Origin: Spirochaetia bacterium
Lineage (GTDB): Bacteria > Spirochaetota > Spirochaetia > SZUA-6 > Bin103
Direction of reading: 5' to 3'
Assembly: GCA_965203055.1 (NCBI GenBank)
Contig: OZ241863.1
Location: 32,001 to 96,000 of the forward strand
Length of the DNA stretch: 64,000 nucleotides
In this document: one piece after another, positions 1 through 9,330 of the stretch
How the letters are laid out: each line of letters opens with the position of its first letter
How positions within the stretch are numbered: the first letter of the stretch is position 1
Translations under genes and position numbers: made by a program
The notes under the pieces: generated by a model
What the model was told of the DNA's origin: nothing
Database searches by the model: none
Seen by the model: only the letters and a program-made list of their open reading frames with translations

Positions 1-35
1 GGTAGTATGCGGGCGGAAAGAAGGAGGCAACGGTA

Positions 36-989
36 GTGCGCATCGTTCTGGGAACCATGACCTTTGGCCGGCGGATGGACTTGGCGGCCGCCGCCCGCGC
101 GGTGGAGACGTTCGCCGCCGCCGGGAACGGCGCCGGCGAACTGGACACCGCGTTCATGTACGGCGGCGGCGAAACCGAGCGGATGCTGGGCGCGATCCTG
201 GCGCAGCGGGGCCGGGAGGGCATTACGCTGGCCACCAAGGCGCATCCCGGCGCCGCCGCGGGGAGCCCCTCATTGCGCCCGGCGGAGGTGGAGCGGCAGC
301 TCAGCGGCTCGCTGCAGCGGCTCGGGTGCGACGCGGTGGACCTGTTCTACCTGCACAGCCCCGACAACGACACGCCGCTGGAGCTGACCCTGGAGGCCTG
401 CGCCCGCCTGCACGCCGCCGGCAAGTTCCGCCGCCTGGGGCTGAGCAACTACGCCGCCTGGCAGGTGGCCGACGCCCATCACCTGTGCCGGACCCGCGGC
501 TGGCCGCTGCCGGAAGTGTACCAGGGCATGTACAACGCCGTGACCCGCGGCGTCGAGGCGGAGCTGCTGCCCTGCCTGCGCCACCTGGGCATCAGCTTCT
601 ACGCCTACAATCCGCTGGCGGGCGGCCTGCTGAGCGGGCGCTACGTCGGCGCCGCGGCGGTGCCCGGCAGCGGGCGGTTCCGCGAGCAGGCCAACTACGT
701 GCCGCGCTACTGGAAGCGCTCCTACCTGATCGCCATGGAGGGCGTGCAGGCGGCGTGCGCCGCCGCCGGAGTCAGCATGACCGCGGCGGCGCTCGGCTGG
801 CTGCGCCACCACGGCGGCCTGGACGCCGCCTGCGGCGACGCCGTCATCCTCGGCGCCAGCACGCTGCAACAGCTCGACGAGAACCTCGAGGCCTGCCGCG
901 GCGGCCCATTGGACGCCGCCGCCGCGGCAGCGCTCGATGCCGCCTGGGAGACCTGCCGGCCCGACTGCCCTTCCTACTTCCGCACCTGA
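36..989 (+). CDS. Aldo/keto reductase (AKR7/aflatoxin aldehyde reductase-like)
   Basis: LGTMTFG, LDTAFMY, LATK, DLFYLHSPD, LGLSNY, YQGMYN, YAYNPLAGGLL motifs; AAGGAGG RBS before GTG start. Confidence 0.9.
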   Translation: MRIVLGTMTFGRRMDLAAAARAVETFAAAGNGAGELDTAFMYGGGETERMLGAILAQRGREGITLATKAHPGAAAGSPSLRPAEVERQLSGSLQRLGCDAVDLFYLHSPDNDTPLELTLEACARLHAAGKFRRLGLSNYAAWQVADAHHLCRTRGWPLPEVYQGMYNAVTRGVEAELLPCLRHLGISFYAYNPLAGGLLSGRYVGAAAVPGSGRFREQANYVPRYWKRSYLIAMEGVQAACAAAGVSMTAAALGWLRHHGGLDAACGDAVILGASTLQQLDENLEACRGGPLDAAAAAALDAAWETCRPDCPSYFRT

Positions 990-1017
990 ACGGTGAGCTG
1001 ACCGGCTTTCGGCGCCG

Positions 1018-1791
1018 CTATTCGAACACGATGCGGTAGTCGAGCGCCCGGTCGAGCACCAGAATGCGCAGCAACGGGATGCGCAGCAGCACGCTGCCAT
1101 CCTCCTGCAGCTCGCCGCCGCGCTGCTCCACGACGCGCCCTTCGACCCGGACCCGCACCGTCACCTCCGAGTCGAGGATCGCCGGCGGCCCTTCGTCGCC
1201 GAGCACGAACTGCATCATCTCCAGGTATTCCTCGTCGGTCACGTCCAGGTCGGGTTGCGGGCCGAGACTGATCACCAGCGGATGCTCCAGCACCGGAAAC
1301 AGGGTCGTGAGCTGGTGATAGTTGTCGCTGTCCAGGTGCACGCTGAGCGTGCGGCGCGAGCCGCCGGTGAGGCTGATCAGCGGCGTCATGGCGTCGGGGC
1401 CGGACGCCGCGGGTGAGAACGCCGCCTGCAGGTCGTCGAAGGTCAAGCGCATTTCGAGCAGCTCCGGGGCGGACGAAACGATCCGCGCCGCCTCCACTCC
1501 GGGCCACTCGGCGATGGCCGCCTCCACCTCGGCGACGTCGAACAGCGGCGCGGAGGGATCGTCGGGCAGATCGACCTCTTCCGCGACCTCGGCCAAGGCA
1601 AGCAGGTAGTCGATGAACACCGGCTGCAGCTCGACGCGCACCTCGGCTTCGCCGGCGCCGTTCACCCGCACCGCGATCTCCTGGTCCACGCTGCATCCGG
1701 CCAGCAGCAGGCCGGCGCATAGCAGCGCGGCGGCGAGGATGCCGGCGCGGCCGCTGCAGCCGGCGCCGGTTCGGGTTGGCGCTGCCGTCAT
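1018..1791 (-). CDS. Hypothetical lipoprotein
   Basis: Hydrophobic N-terminus ending in lipobox LLAGC; start overlaps stop of upstream peptidase. Confidence 0.7.
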   Translation of the reverse strand: MTAAPTRTGAGCSGRAGILAAALLCAGLLLAGCSVDQEIAVRVNGAGEAEVRVELQPVFIDYLLALAEVAEEVDLPDDPSAPLFDVAEVEAAIAEWPGVEAARIVSSAPELLEMRLTFDDLQAAFSPAASGPDAMTPLISLTGGSRRTLSVHLDSDNYHQLTTLFPVLEHPLVISLGPQPDLDVTDEEYLEMMQFVLGDEGPPAILDSEVTVRVRVEGRVVEQRGGELQEDGSVLLRIPLLRILVLDRALDYRIVFE

Positions 1792-3155
1792 GCGGCCGCC
1801 AGTTCCTGCAGGATCAGGCAGTATGCCTCCTGCGCGCGGCGAAAGCTGGCCAGCCGGAAGAATTCATCCGGCCCGTGGGCGCCCTCATCGTCGAGCCCGA
1901 AGGAGAAGCCGATGGTGTGGACCCCCAACTTCTCCAGCAGCAGCCCGCACACCGGAATGCTGCCGCCGGTGCCGGTATGCAGCGGCGGCACCCCGTAGAG
2001 CCGCTCCAGTACCGCCGCCGCGGCGCGGTTGCCGGGATGGTCGGCCGGCACCACGTAGGGAGCTCCGTGCACGGCGCTGGGCCGGCAGGTCACGCGCACG
2101 CCGGCCGGCGCGCGGCGCTGAAGATGCGCGCCGACCAGCTCCAGAATCCGTTCCGGCCGCTGGTCGGCGACCAGCCGGCAGGTGATCTTGGCGTGCGCCG
2201 CGGCCGGCAGCACGGTCTTGGTGCCGGCGCCCTGGAAGCCGCCCCACATGCCGTTCACCTCCAGCGTCGGGCGGATCCACTCCCGTTCGTAGGTGGACCA
2301 GCCGCGCTCCCCGTACAGGGCGGGGGCGCCGGTGATGTCCAGGTAGGCGGCTTCGTCGAACGGCACCTTGGCGTACTGCCGGCGCTGCTGGGGCGTCGGC
2401 TCGGCCACCGCGTCGTAGAACCCGGCCACCGCCACCCGCCCGGCGCCGTCGTGCAGCCCGGCGATCAGCTCCGCCAGGGCGTGCAGCGGGTTCCGCAGCG
2501 TGCCGCCGTACATGCCGGAGTGCAGATCGTTGCCCGGTCCGCTGACGTCCACCTGCAAGGCGCAGATGCCGCGCAGCGACAGCAGCAGCGTCGGCTCCCG
2601 TTCGCTCCACTGGGTGCCGTCCGCCGACAACGCCAGGTCGCACGCCAGCAGGTCGCGGTTGGCGCTTACGAAGTCGCCCAACTGCGGGCTGCCGATCTCC
2701 TCCTGACCTTCCAGCAGGAACTTGACGTTGACCGGCAGCGCGCCGGCGCTGCGCAGCAGCGCCTCGGCGGCGACGATCGGCGCGAACATGTTGCCCTTGT
2801 CGTCGGAGGCGCCGCGCGCGTAGATGCGGTCCGCGGTCAGCCGCGGCTCGAACGGCGGACTGCTCCACCCATCCTCGGCCACCGCGGGTTGCACGTCGAA
2901 GTGACCATAGATCAACACGGTAGGAGCGCCCGGCGCGTGCAGCCAGTCGCCGTACACCAGCGGGTGGCCGCCGGTCGGCAGGGTGCGGACGTGTTCGATG
3001 CCGGCCGCCTGCAGGCGCGCGTGCACCCAGGCGGCGGCCGCGGCGACGTCGCCGCCGTGCGCGGGCAGGGCGCTGACGCTGGGAATGCGAATGAAGGAGA
3101 GCAGTTCGTCGACCACCCTGCCTTGCTGCTCGTGAAGATATTCTTTCCAGTTCAT
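1788..3155 (-). CDS. M20/M25/M40 family dipeptidase
   Basis: YGHFDVQP, ARGASDDKG, EGQEEIGS, DLHSG, AHGPDE motifs; start taken at MNWKEY (3155). Confidence 0.92.
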   Translation of the reverse strand: MNWKEYLHEQQGRVVDELLSFIRIPSVSALPAHGGDVAAAAAWVHARLQAAGIEHVRTLPTGGHPLVYGDWLHAPGAPTVLIYGHFDVQPAVAEDGWSSPPFEPRLTADRIYARGASDDKGNMFAPIVAAEALLRSAGALPVNVKFLLEGQEEIGSPQLGDFVSANRDLLACDLALSADGTQWSEREPTLLLSLRGICALQVDVSGPGNDLHSGMYGGTLRNPLHALAELIAGLHDGAGRVAVAGFYDAVAEPTPQQRRQYAKVPFDEAAYLDITGAPALYGERGWSTYEREWIRPTLEVNGMWGGFQGAGTKTVLPAAAHAKITCRLVADQRPERILELVGAHLQRRAPAGVRVTCRPSAVHGAPYVVPADHPGNRAAAAVLERLYGVPPLHTGTGGSIPVCGLLLEKLGVHTIGFSFGLDDEGAHGPDEFFRLASFRRAQEAYCLILQELAAA

Positions 3156-3349
3156 TGAAACCGTTGCGTGCCGCTTACGATACACTAGGCGCGCGCACCA
3201 CTCAATCGGCGCGACCGGCGGCCACCGGCGGCCGGCAGCGGCCCCGGCAGGCAGGCAGGGTCCGGCAGGGAACTGCCGCCGCCGGCCCGCCCGCCGATTG
3301 CCCGCCCCGCCGCGGCGCGGCAGGTGGCGCATTCGAGGAGCAAACGACC

Positions 3350-5173
3350 ATGCAGTTGCAGGAAACGTGGGACCTGGAAGTGATCTTTGCCGGCGGGTCG
3401 GGTTCGCCCGAGCTGGCCGAGTTTCTGCGCCGGCTGGGGCAGGGCATCGAGACCCTGGCCGGGCAGGTGGCCGCTCTCGGCGAGGAGCCGGGGGAGTGGT
3501 CGGCGGCGATCGCCGCCTGGCAGCAGCGCGCCGCGGAGCTGGCGCAGGCCTACAGCTTCGTGGAGTGCCTGGTCGCGGAAGATACCGCGGACGCGGCGGC
3601 CACCCAGCTCGGCGGGCGGCTGGACACCATGGACGCGCGCCTCAAGACCATCGAGGTGGAGATCGACAAGCAGATGCTGCGGCTGCCGGAAGCCGCCTGG
3701 CAGCGCGTGGCGGAGCAGCCGGGACCGGCCGCGGTCGCCTTCTTCCTGCAGCGGCAGCGCATCCTGGCGCGGCGTAAGATGGAACCGGAGCGCGAGGCGC
3801 TGGCCGAAACGCTGGCCGCCAACGGCTACCACGCGTGGGGCCGGCTGTACGACAAGCTGGCCGGCTCGCTGCGGGCCGAGGTAAGCGACCGCGGCGAGCG
3901 CCGCGGCCTCTCCATGGGGCAACTGGCGCACCGGTTGGAAGACCCGGACCGGGCGGTGCGCCAGGCGGCGTTCGCGGGTGTGGAGGGGGCGTGGCGCGGC
4001 GTGCAGGATCTGGCGGCGATGGCGCTCAACAGCCAGGCCGGGTTCCGCCTCAGCCTCTACGCAGGGCGCGGCTGGGACTCGATTCTGTGGGAGCCGCTGC
4101 ATCTCAACCGCCTGCGGCGCGAGACCCTGGACGCGATGTGGGCGGCCGTCGCCGCCCGCAGCGCCGGCCTGCTGCCCTACCTGCAGGCCAAGGCGCGGCT
4201 GCTGCAGGCGGATGGGATGGGCTGGGCGGACCTGGCGGCGCCGGTCGCGCGCCGCGAACGGCCGTTCTCCTACGGCGCCGCCGCCGACTACGTCGTGGAG
4301 CGGTTCGCGGCGTTTGGCGGCGGCCTCGGGGAGTTCGCCCGGCACGCCTTTGCCGAGCGCTGGATCGAGGCGGAGGACCGGCCCGGCAAGGCCGCCGGCG
4401 GATTCTGCACCGACCTGCCGCTGAGCCGGCAGACGCGCATCTTCATGACCTTCGGGCGCACCTTCGGCGGCGTGACGACGCTGGCCCACGAGTTGGGTCA
4501 CGCCTACCACGCCTGGCTGCTGCGCGACCGGCCCTACTTCGCGACCGGCTATCCGATGGCGCTGGCCGAGACCGCCAGTACCTTCTGCGAGACGCTGATC
4601 ATGGACGCCGCGCTGGACGCCGCCGGCGGCGAGGAGGAGTTGGCGCTGCTCGGCGGCATCGGCGACGAAGCGGTGGCGATGCTGATGAACCTGCGCGCGC
4701 GGTTCCTGTTCGAGACCGCGTTCTTCGAGCGCCGCGCGCAGGGACCGCTGACCGCGGACGAACTGAGCGAGCTGATGGTGACGGCGCAGCGCGAGGCGTA
4801 CTGCGGCGGGCTGGCGGATGATGGCTACCACCCGCTGTTCTGGGCCTCCAAGCTGCACTTCTACATCACCGGCATGCCGTTCTACAACTTCCCCTACGTG
4901 TTCGGGTACCTGTTCAGCAACGGCCTGTCGGCGCGGGCGCGCAGCGAGGGCCCCGGCTTCGCCGCCGCCTACGCGCGCCTGCTGCAAGACACCGGCACGA
5001 TGACCTGCGAGGAGCTGGCGCAGCGCCACCTGGGCGAGGATCTGACCCGTCCCTCCTTCTGGGAGGCGGCCGTTGACCGCGTGCTGGAGGTAGTGCCGCG
5101 CTTCACCCGCGCCGCCGGGAAGGCGGCGGTCAAACAGGCGGTCAAACAGGCGGTCAAACAGGCGGTCAAATAA
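3350..5173 (+). CDS. Oligoendopeptidase F (peptidase M3B)
   Basis: TWDLE N-terminus, HELGH (HExxH), AETAS, FYNFPYVFG; GAGGAG RBS before ATG 3350. Confidence 0.92.
   Translation: MQLQETWDLEVIFAGGSGSPELAEFLRRLGQGIETLAGQVAALGEEPGEWSAAIAAWQQRAAELAQAYSFVECLVAEDTADAAATQLGGRLDTMDARLKTIEVEIDKQMLRLPEAAWQRVAEQPGPAAVAFFLQRQRILARRKMEPEREALAETLAANGYHAWGRLYDKLAGSLRAEVSDRGERRGLSMGQLAHRLEDPDRAVRQAAFAGVEGAWRGVQDLAAMALNSQAGFRLSLYAGRGWDSILWEPLHLNRLRRETLDAMWAAVAARSAGLLPYLQAKARLLQADGMGWADLAAPVARRERPFSYGAAADYVVERFAAFGGGLGEFARHAFAERWIEAEDRPGKAAGGFCTDLPLSRQTRIFMTFGRTFGGVTTLAHELGHAYHAWLLRDRPYFATGYPMALAETASTFCETLIMDAALDAAGGEEELALLGGIGDEAVAMLMNLRARFLFETAFFERRAQGPLTADELSELMVTAQREAYCGGLADDGYHPLFWASKLHFYITGMPFYNFPYVFGYLFSNGLSARARSEGPGFAAAYARLLQDTGTMTCEELAQRHLGEDLTRPSFWEAAVDRVLEVVPRFTRAAGKAAVKQAVKQAVKQAVK
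5125..5172 (+). repeat. 12-bp tandem repeat GGCGGTCAAA(C/T)A x4
   Basis: Three exact GGCGGTCAAACA copies plus GGCGGTCAAATA, encoding the (AVKQ)n tail of the M3B peptidase; a further degenerate copy lies at ~5239-5250. Confidence 0.9.
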
Positions 5174-5185
5174 GCCGCCAAGGAA

Positions 5186-5213
5186 TTGACCCAATAGTAC
5201 ACAACTGTATACT
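5186..5213 (+). promoter_or_regulatory. Sigma70-like promoter for the C1 peptidase gene
   Basis: TTGACC-16 bp-TATACT in an AT-rich intergenic patch. Confidence 0.55.
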
Positions 5214-5282
5214 CTGTCATAGCTTGACGCGCCAAATAGGCGGTCAAGTAACGTGGCGAATAAAGGTAGTAGGGTAGCGGCG

Positions 5283-6068
5283 ATGGCAAGGCGCGGCCCG
5301 CGGGTCAGCCAGTTCATACTCAACTGCGATCCCTCCGCCGGCGCGCATGCGGACTGGACGTTCGAGGACGCCGTGGAAGCCGGCGTCGTTGCCGACGCCG
5401 AGCCGCGCCCGGCCGCGGACCTGCGCCGCGCCGACTGGCCGATCAGAAACCAGGGCGCGACCGGCGCCTGCGTGGGCTTCGCCGCCGCCGGCGTGCTCCA
5501 CTGGCACTACCGGCGGGCCGGCCTGCTGGACGGCGGCGAGCAGCCCTCCCCCCGCTTCATCTGGATGGCCAACAAAGAGACCGACCTGCTCACCTCCTAT
5601 CCCACCACCTTCATCGAGTCGGCCGGCACCCAGACCCGGTTCGCGCTGCGGGTCGCCCGCCGCTACGGCTGCGTGCTCGAATCCACGCTTCCCATGAGCG
5701 GGAAGCTGAGCACCCTGAGCGTGGCGGCGTTCTACGCGCAGGCCGCCAGGTACCGCATCGGCAGCTACCACAACCTCGGCCGCGACCTGCGGCGCTGGCG
5801 GCAGTGGATTTCCAATCAGGGGCCGCTGCTGGTGCGGGTGGCGGTGGATCGGACCTGGGATCGGGCCACGGCGACCGCCGGCGACCTGGACGCGCATCTT
5901 GCCGACACGGTGCGCGGCGGCCACGCCGCCTGCCTGGTGGGTTACACGGCCAACCGCTTCATCGTCCGCAACAGTTGGGGCACGACCTGGGGCGACGGGG
6001 GCTTCGCCTACGCCGCCGACGACTACGCGGCCGCCGCCTTCACCGAAGCCTACGGCGCCGTACTCTGA
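5283..6068 (+). CDS. Papain-like C1 family cysteine peptidase
   Basis: NQGATGACVGF (Gln/Cys), GGHAACLVGY (His), VRNSWGTTWGDGG (Asn); no signal peptide; start could be 5253. Confidence 0.88.
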   Translation: MARRGPRVSQFILNCDPSAGAHADWTFEDAVEAGVVADAEPRPAADLRRADWPIRNQGATGACVGFAAAGVLHWHYRRAGLLDGGEQPSPRFIWMANKETDLLTSYPTTFIESAGTQTRFALRVARRYGCVLESTLPMSGKLSTLSVAAFYAQAARYRIGSYHNLGRDLRRWRQWISNQGPLLVRVAVDRTWDRATATAGDLDAHLADTVRGGHAACLVGYTANRFIVRNSWGTTWGDGGFAYAADDYAAAAFTEAYGAVL

Positions 6069-8609
6069 TCAACGCTCCTGTACCTGGTAGGCGGGGTTTG
6101 CGTTGGCCAGTGCCCGGGGGAATTCCGCCTCGTTGAAGATCAGCCGGAAGGTGCCTTTCGCGGGGCCGTCGCGTACCTGCATGCGGCCCACGTTGAACGC
6201 CTGCTCAAGGGTGGCCAGCACCTTGCGCTTGTATTCGGTGTCCGGGTTGCCGCGCAAGTGCTCGCCCTTGGTCTCGAACACCAGCAGGTGCGGCTGGCCG
6301 GCGCTCTCACCCGCCATGGCGATGAAGTCGGGGTAGATGCGCTCCTGCCGCCAGCCGCGCAAGTGGTACTCGCCCGGCTGGCGCACCGCCACCCGATGCC
6401 ACCAGCGCAGCGCCTTCCGTTCGTCCAGGTAGTACGCGAAGCGCCGCTCCAGCTCGCTGTCGAACTGGCGCTCGAACACCGGCTCGAACAGATTGAGCTG
6501 CACCGGTTGGCCGAGCCGCTGCAAGGTGCGGTCGGACTCCGAGACCGGTATCTCGTAGCGCTCGCGCATCCGGTAGCGGGGTACGCCGGCGTCCAGATCG
6601 AAGCGGATCTCCGAGTGCATCAGTTTGTCGCCGAACACCCGTTCCGCCATCCGTTCCACGCCGTCGATGACCGCTTCCCGCAGCGCGTAGGCGAGCGGGG
6701 CGCGGCGGTCGTAGATATCTTCTTCCGTCGCGCCCGTCTCCCGCAGTCGTTCCAGCAGGCGGCCGGCGATGCCGGCGGCGTGCCACGGGTTGGGCACCAC
6801 GTCCGCCAGCCGGCGCACGAAGTAGGACAGCCGCACCCGCTTGTCGACCCGGAGGTCCTGGGACGCCCCCGGCGAGGCGACCGCGGCGCCGGCGCCCAGG
6901 TCCACGCTCGCCGTCTCCCGCCGGGCCGCGGCCGGCAGGGAGGCGTCCGGGACCGGCGGTTCGATCCGCTCCCAGGCGATGGCCGGCAGGATGTCCCGGT
7001 GATAGTCGAGGTCGCGCCAGCCGTCACCGTCCCGGTGCAGCACCTTGGGCAGGAAGATGTCGGCGCCGCGGAACGGCTCCCGCCGCCGCGCTTCCACGAG
7101 CTGCAGCTCGCCGCCGCTCCCCGTCACCTCGTCGCCGAGGCCGGTCAGCCCCTCCTGTTCCAGCCCCTGCTTGATCTGCTGCACGGCGTCGGCCACGGCC
7201 ATGTTCAGGCAATAGACCGCGCACCGGTCCAGCCGCTCGCGGCCGGTGCGGCGGGCGTGCGGTTGGCGCATCACCCGCCCCACCAACTGGGTCAGCGCGC
7301 GCTGCGCGCGGGTCGTGTCGAGCATCACCAGCAGGTAGGCGAAGGAGCAGTCCCAGCCCTCCATCAACGCCGCGCGGGTGATGATCCAACGCACCGGCGA
7401 GTATTCGGAGAGCAGGTCCTCCTTTCCCAGCTCGTCGTTCTCGGCCGACTTCACCCGCACCGCTTCGCCGGGAACGCCGAGATTGCGGGTCAGATACTCG
7501 CGCACGTCCTCGGCGTGGATCCGTTCGCCGTCGCGCTGCGCCTTGCCGGTGCGCTCCACCCGTACCACGGCGATGGGCCGCAGGTAGCGGCCTTCGCTCT
7601 GCTGCAGCGAAGCCGCTTCGGCATGCAGCCGGTCCAGCTCCTCGGCCGCCTCGCCGAGCACGTGCTGCCATTCGGCGTTGGTGAACGACTCCACCCGCAC
7701 CGGCAGCTTGATCATCTCCTCCTGCTTCAGATCGACGCCGGAGATGTCGACCAGCAGGTTGCTGATGCTGCGGTTGGGCGTGGCCGACAACTCGATCACC
7801 AGGCTGGGGTCCAGGCGGTTGATCGAGCGCACGAACTCCTGCGCCGCGGCGGCCTTGCCGTACGCCTTGTGGGCTTCGTCCAGCACCACGACCGGACGCA
7901 ACATCTTGAACACGTTGAACAGGCTGTGCTTGACCGGCCCGCCGTCCGAGGTGCATTCCAGGTCCGGGTAGTCGAGCAGCAGGCGGCCGTCGCCGAGCAG
8001 GTCGTCGCTGTCGGGAAACAGCGTCGGGTAACGCCCCGAGTCGCGGAACATGCGCAGGAACTCCCTGCCCCGCTGGCGGTTGGCCGCCGGCAGCATGAGC
8101 AGCATCACGCACAGGTAGTGGGCGACGTCCAGGGCCGTGAACGGATCGTCTTTCTCCAGCATCTTGACGCGCCCGCCGCTGGCCCGCTCCAGCATCTGGC
8201 GGTAAGGGTGCTCGCGGTTCCAGAGCGCGCTCCTGGTCTGCTGGTAGATGGCGCGCGTGGGCGTGATCCACAGGGTGAGCCCGGCGGGCCGGTTCAGCCG
8301 CTCCAGCGCCGCTGCGGCGAGCAGCGTCTTGCCGCCGCCGGTCGGCACCTTGAAGCAGGCGTGCGGGATGGGAAACCCGGCGTCCGCGGTGCGGTCGGCG
8401 TGTCGCTCGCTGCCGACACCGACCCCGCCGGCCTGCGCCAGCTTCCGCCACGCAGCCTTGGGGTAGTTGTCCAGGTCTGCGGGAACGTCCACCCTGGCGT
8501 TCCGCAACGCTTCGACCGCGGTGGCGGACTCCCGCCGCGCCTCGTCCAGCGCGGTCAGCCAGCGGCCGAACGCCTCCAGCGCGCGCGTCTGATATTCCTT
8601 CAGTTCCAT
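6069..8609 (-). CDS. res: Type III restriction enzyme Res subunit (SF2 helicase + nuclease)
   Basis: MELKEYQ start, KVPTGGGKT, LDEAH, ELSATP, LMEGWD, QLVGRVMR, C-terminal YPDFI...FETKG. Confidence 0.9.
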   Translation of the reverse strand: MELKEYQTRALEAFGRWLTALDEARRESATAVEALRNARVDVPADLDNYPKAAWRKLAQAGGVGVGSERHADRTADAGFPIPHACFKVPTGGGKTLLAAAALERLNRPAGLTLWITPTRAIYQQTRSALWNREHPYRQMLERASGGRVKMLEKDDPFTALDVAHYLCVMLLMLPAANRQRGREFLRMFRDSGRYPTLFPDSDDLLGDGRLLLDYPDLECTSDGGPVKHSLFNVFKMLRPVVVLDEAHKAYGKAAAAQEFVRSINRLDPSLVIELSATPNRSISNLLVDISGVDLKQEEMIKLPVRVESFTNAEWQHVLGEAAEELDRLHAEAASLQQSEGRYLRPIAVVRVERTGKAQRDGERIHAEDVREYLTRNLGVPGEAVRVKSAENDELGKEDLLSEYSPVRWIITRAALMEGWDCSFAYLLVMLDTTRAQRALTQLVGRVMRQPHARRTGRERLDRCAVYCLNMAVADAVQQIKQGLEQEGLTGLGDEVTGSGGELQLVEARRREPFRGADIFLPKVLHRDGDGWRDLDYHRDILPAIAWERIEPPVPDASLPAAARRETASVDLGAGAAVASPGASQDLRVDKRVRLSYFVRRLADVVPNPWHAAGIAGRLLERLRETGATEEDIYDRRAPLAYALREAVIDGVERMAERVFGDKLMHSEIRFDLDAGVPRYRMRERYEIPVSESDRTLQRLGQPVQLNLFEPVFERQFDSELERRFAYYLDERKALRWWHRVAVRQPGEYHLRGWRQERIYPDFIAMAGESAGQPHLLVFETKGEHLRGNPDTEYKRKVLATLEQAFNVGRMQVRDGPAKGTFRLIFNEAEFPRALANANPAYQVQER

Positions 8610-8634
8610 CGTTTCGCGCCGCGTCTCCCGGTCA
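8605..8634. repeat. Copy A of a 30-bp imperfect direct repeat (mod-res junction sequence)
   Basis: tccatcgtttcgcgccgcgtctcccggtca matches 10561-10590 at 25/30 positions and contains the res ATG. Confidence 0.75.
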
Positions 8635-8643
8635 TTCCTCCGT

Positions 8644-9033
8644 CTATTCTTTCGGGGACTTGCCGCCAATGATGATAAGGAAAGCGCTATCTTCGTTGGC
8701 TTCAACGGTGTGCAGGACATCGGCAGTGAAGACAACCGCCTCGCCTTGTCCAAGCCTGACGTTCTCATTGCTTGACGAAAACACGATGCTTCCGTTCAGG
8801 GTAACGACAGTCGCCGAACTCGGCGCCCGATGCTCGTGAAGGACGGTGCCGGCCGTCATTGCAGTAAGAACGACAGTCAAGTCATCGCCGTGCGCAAGCG
8901 TGAGGGAAGCGCGTCCCGTCGATGCCGCAGTGGCCTCTTCCATGAGCTGTTCCGCCATCGAATTAAGGGGAAATCCCTTCGTTATCGGTGCGTCCAGATG
9001 TACAGGTCTGTAGGGATGTTCATATACCCGCAT
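8644..9033 (-). CDS. Cupin domain protein
   Basis: LHEHRAP...VTLNGSI...GEAVVF..DVLHTVEA cupin pattern; lower GC than flanks; start uncertain (9033, or MAEQL further downstream). Confidence 0.75.
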   Translation of the reverse strand: MRVYEHPYRPVHLDAPITKGFPLNSMAEQLMEEATAASTGRASLTLAHGDDLTVVLTAMTAGTVLHEHRAPSSATVVTLNGSIVFSSSNENVRLGQGEAVVFTADVLHTVEANEDSAFLIIIGGKSPKE

Positions 9034-9089
9034 GGTCTCGTCAGGATACCGCAGAACCACCAACGGCTCAAGCCGCCGCGACCGTCCTT

Positions 9090-9240
9090 CTCCAGCGCCG
9101 TCGCGGCGAGCAGCGTCTTGCCCCCATCGGTCGGCACCTTGAAGCAGGCGTGCGGAATGGGAACCCGACGTCGGCGGTGCGGTCGGGGTGCTGCCGGCGG
9201 CGACCTCGCCGGCCTGCGCCAGCTTCCGCCACCGCCTTGG
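9090..9240 (-). pseudogene. Degenerate fragment of res N-terminus
   Basis: Nucleotide similarity to 8301-8461; translates to WRKLAQAG...IPHACFKVPTDGGKTLLAATALE across frameshifts. Confidence 0.85.
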
Positions 9241-9330
9241 CATCGGGAGGAGGCCGCGTCCGGTCTAAGTCGTCGGTCCGTAGCTGGCGTAATACGACGA
9301 AGATAGCCTGCTGCTCGGCCGTTTTCGCCA

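Noticed and set aside
5125..5262. CRISPR array
   Set aside because: Units are 12 bp and contiguous with no spacers; no cas genes in the window
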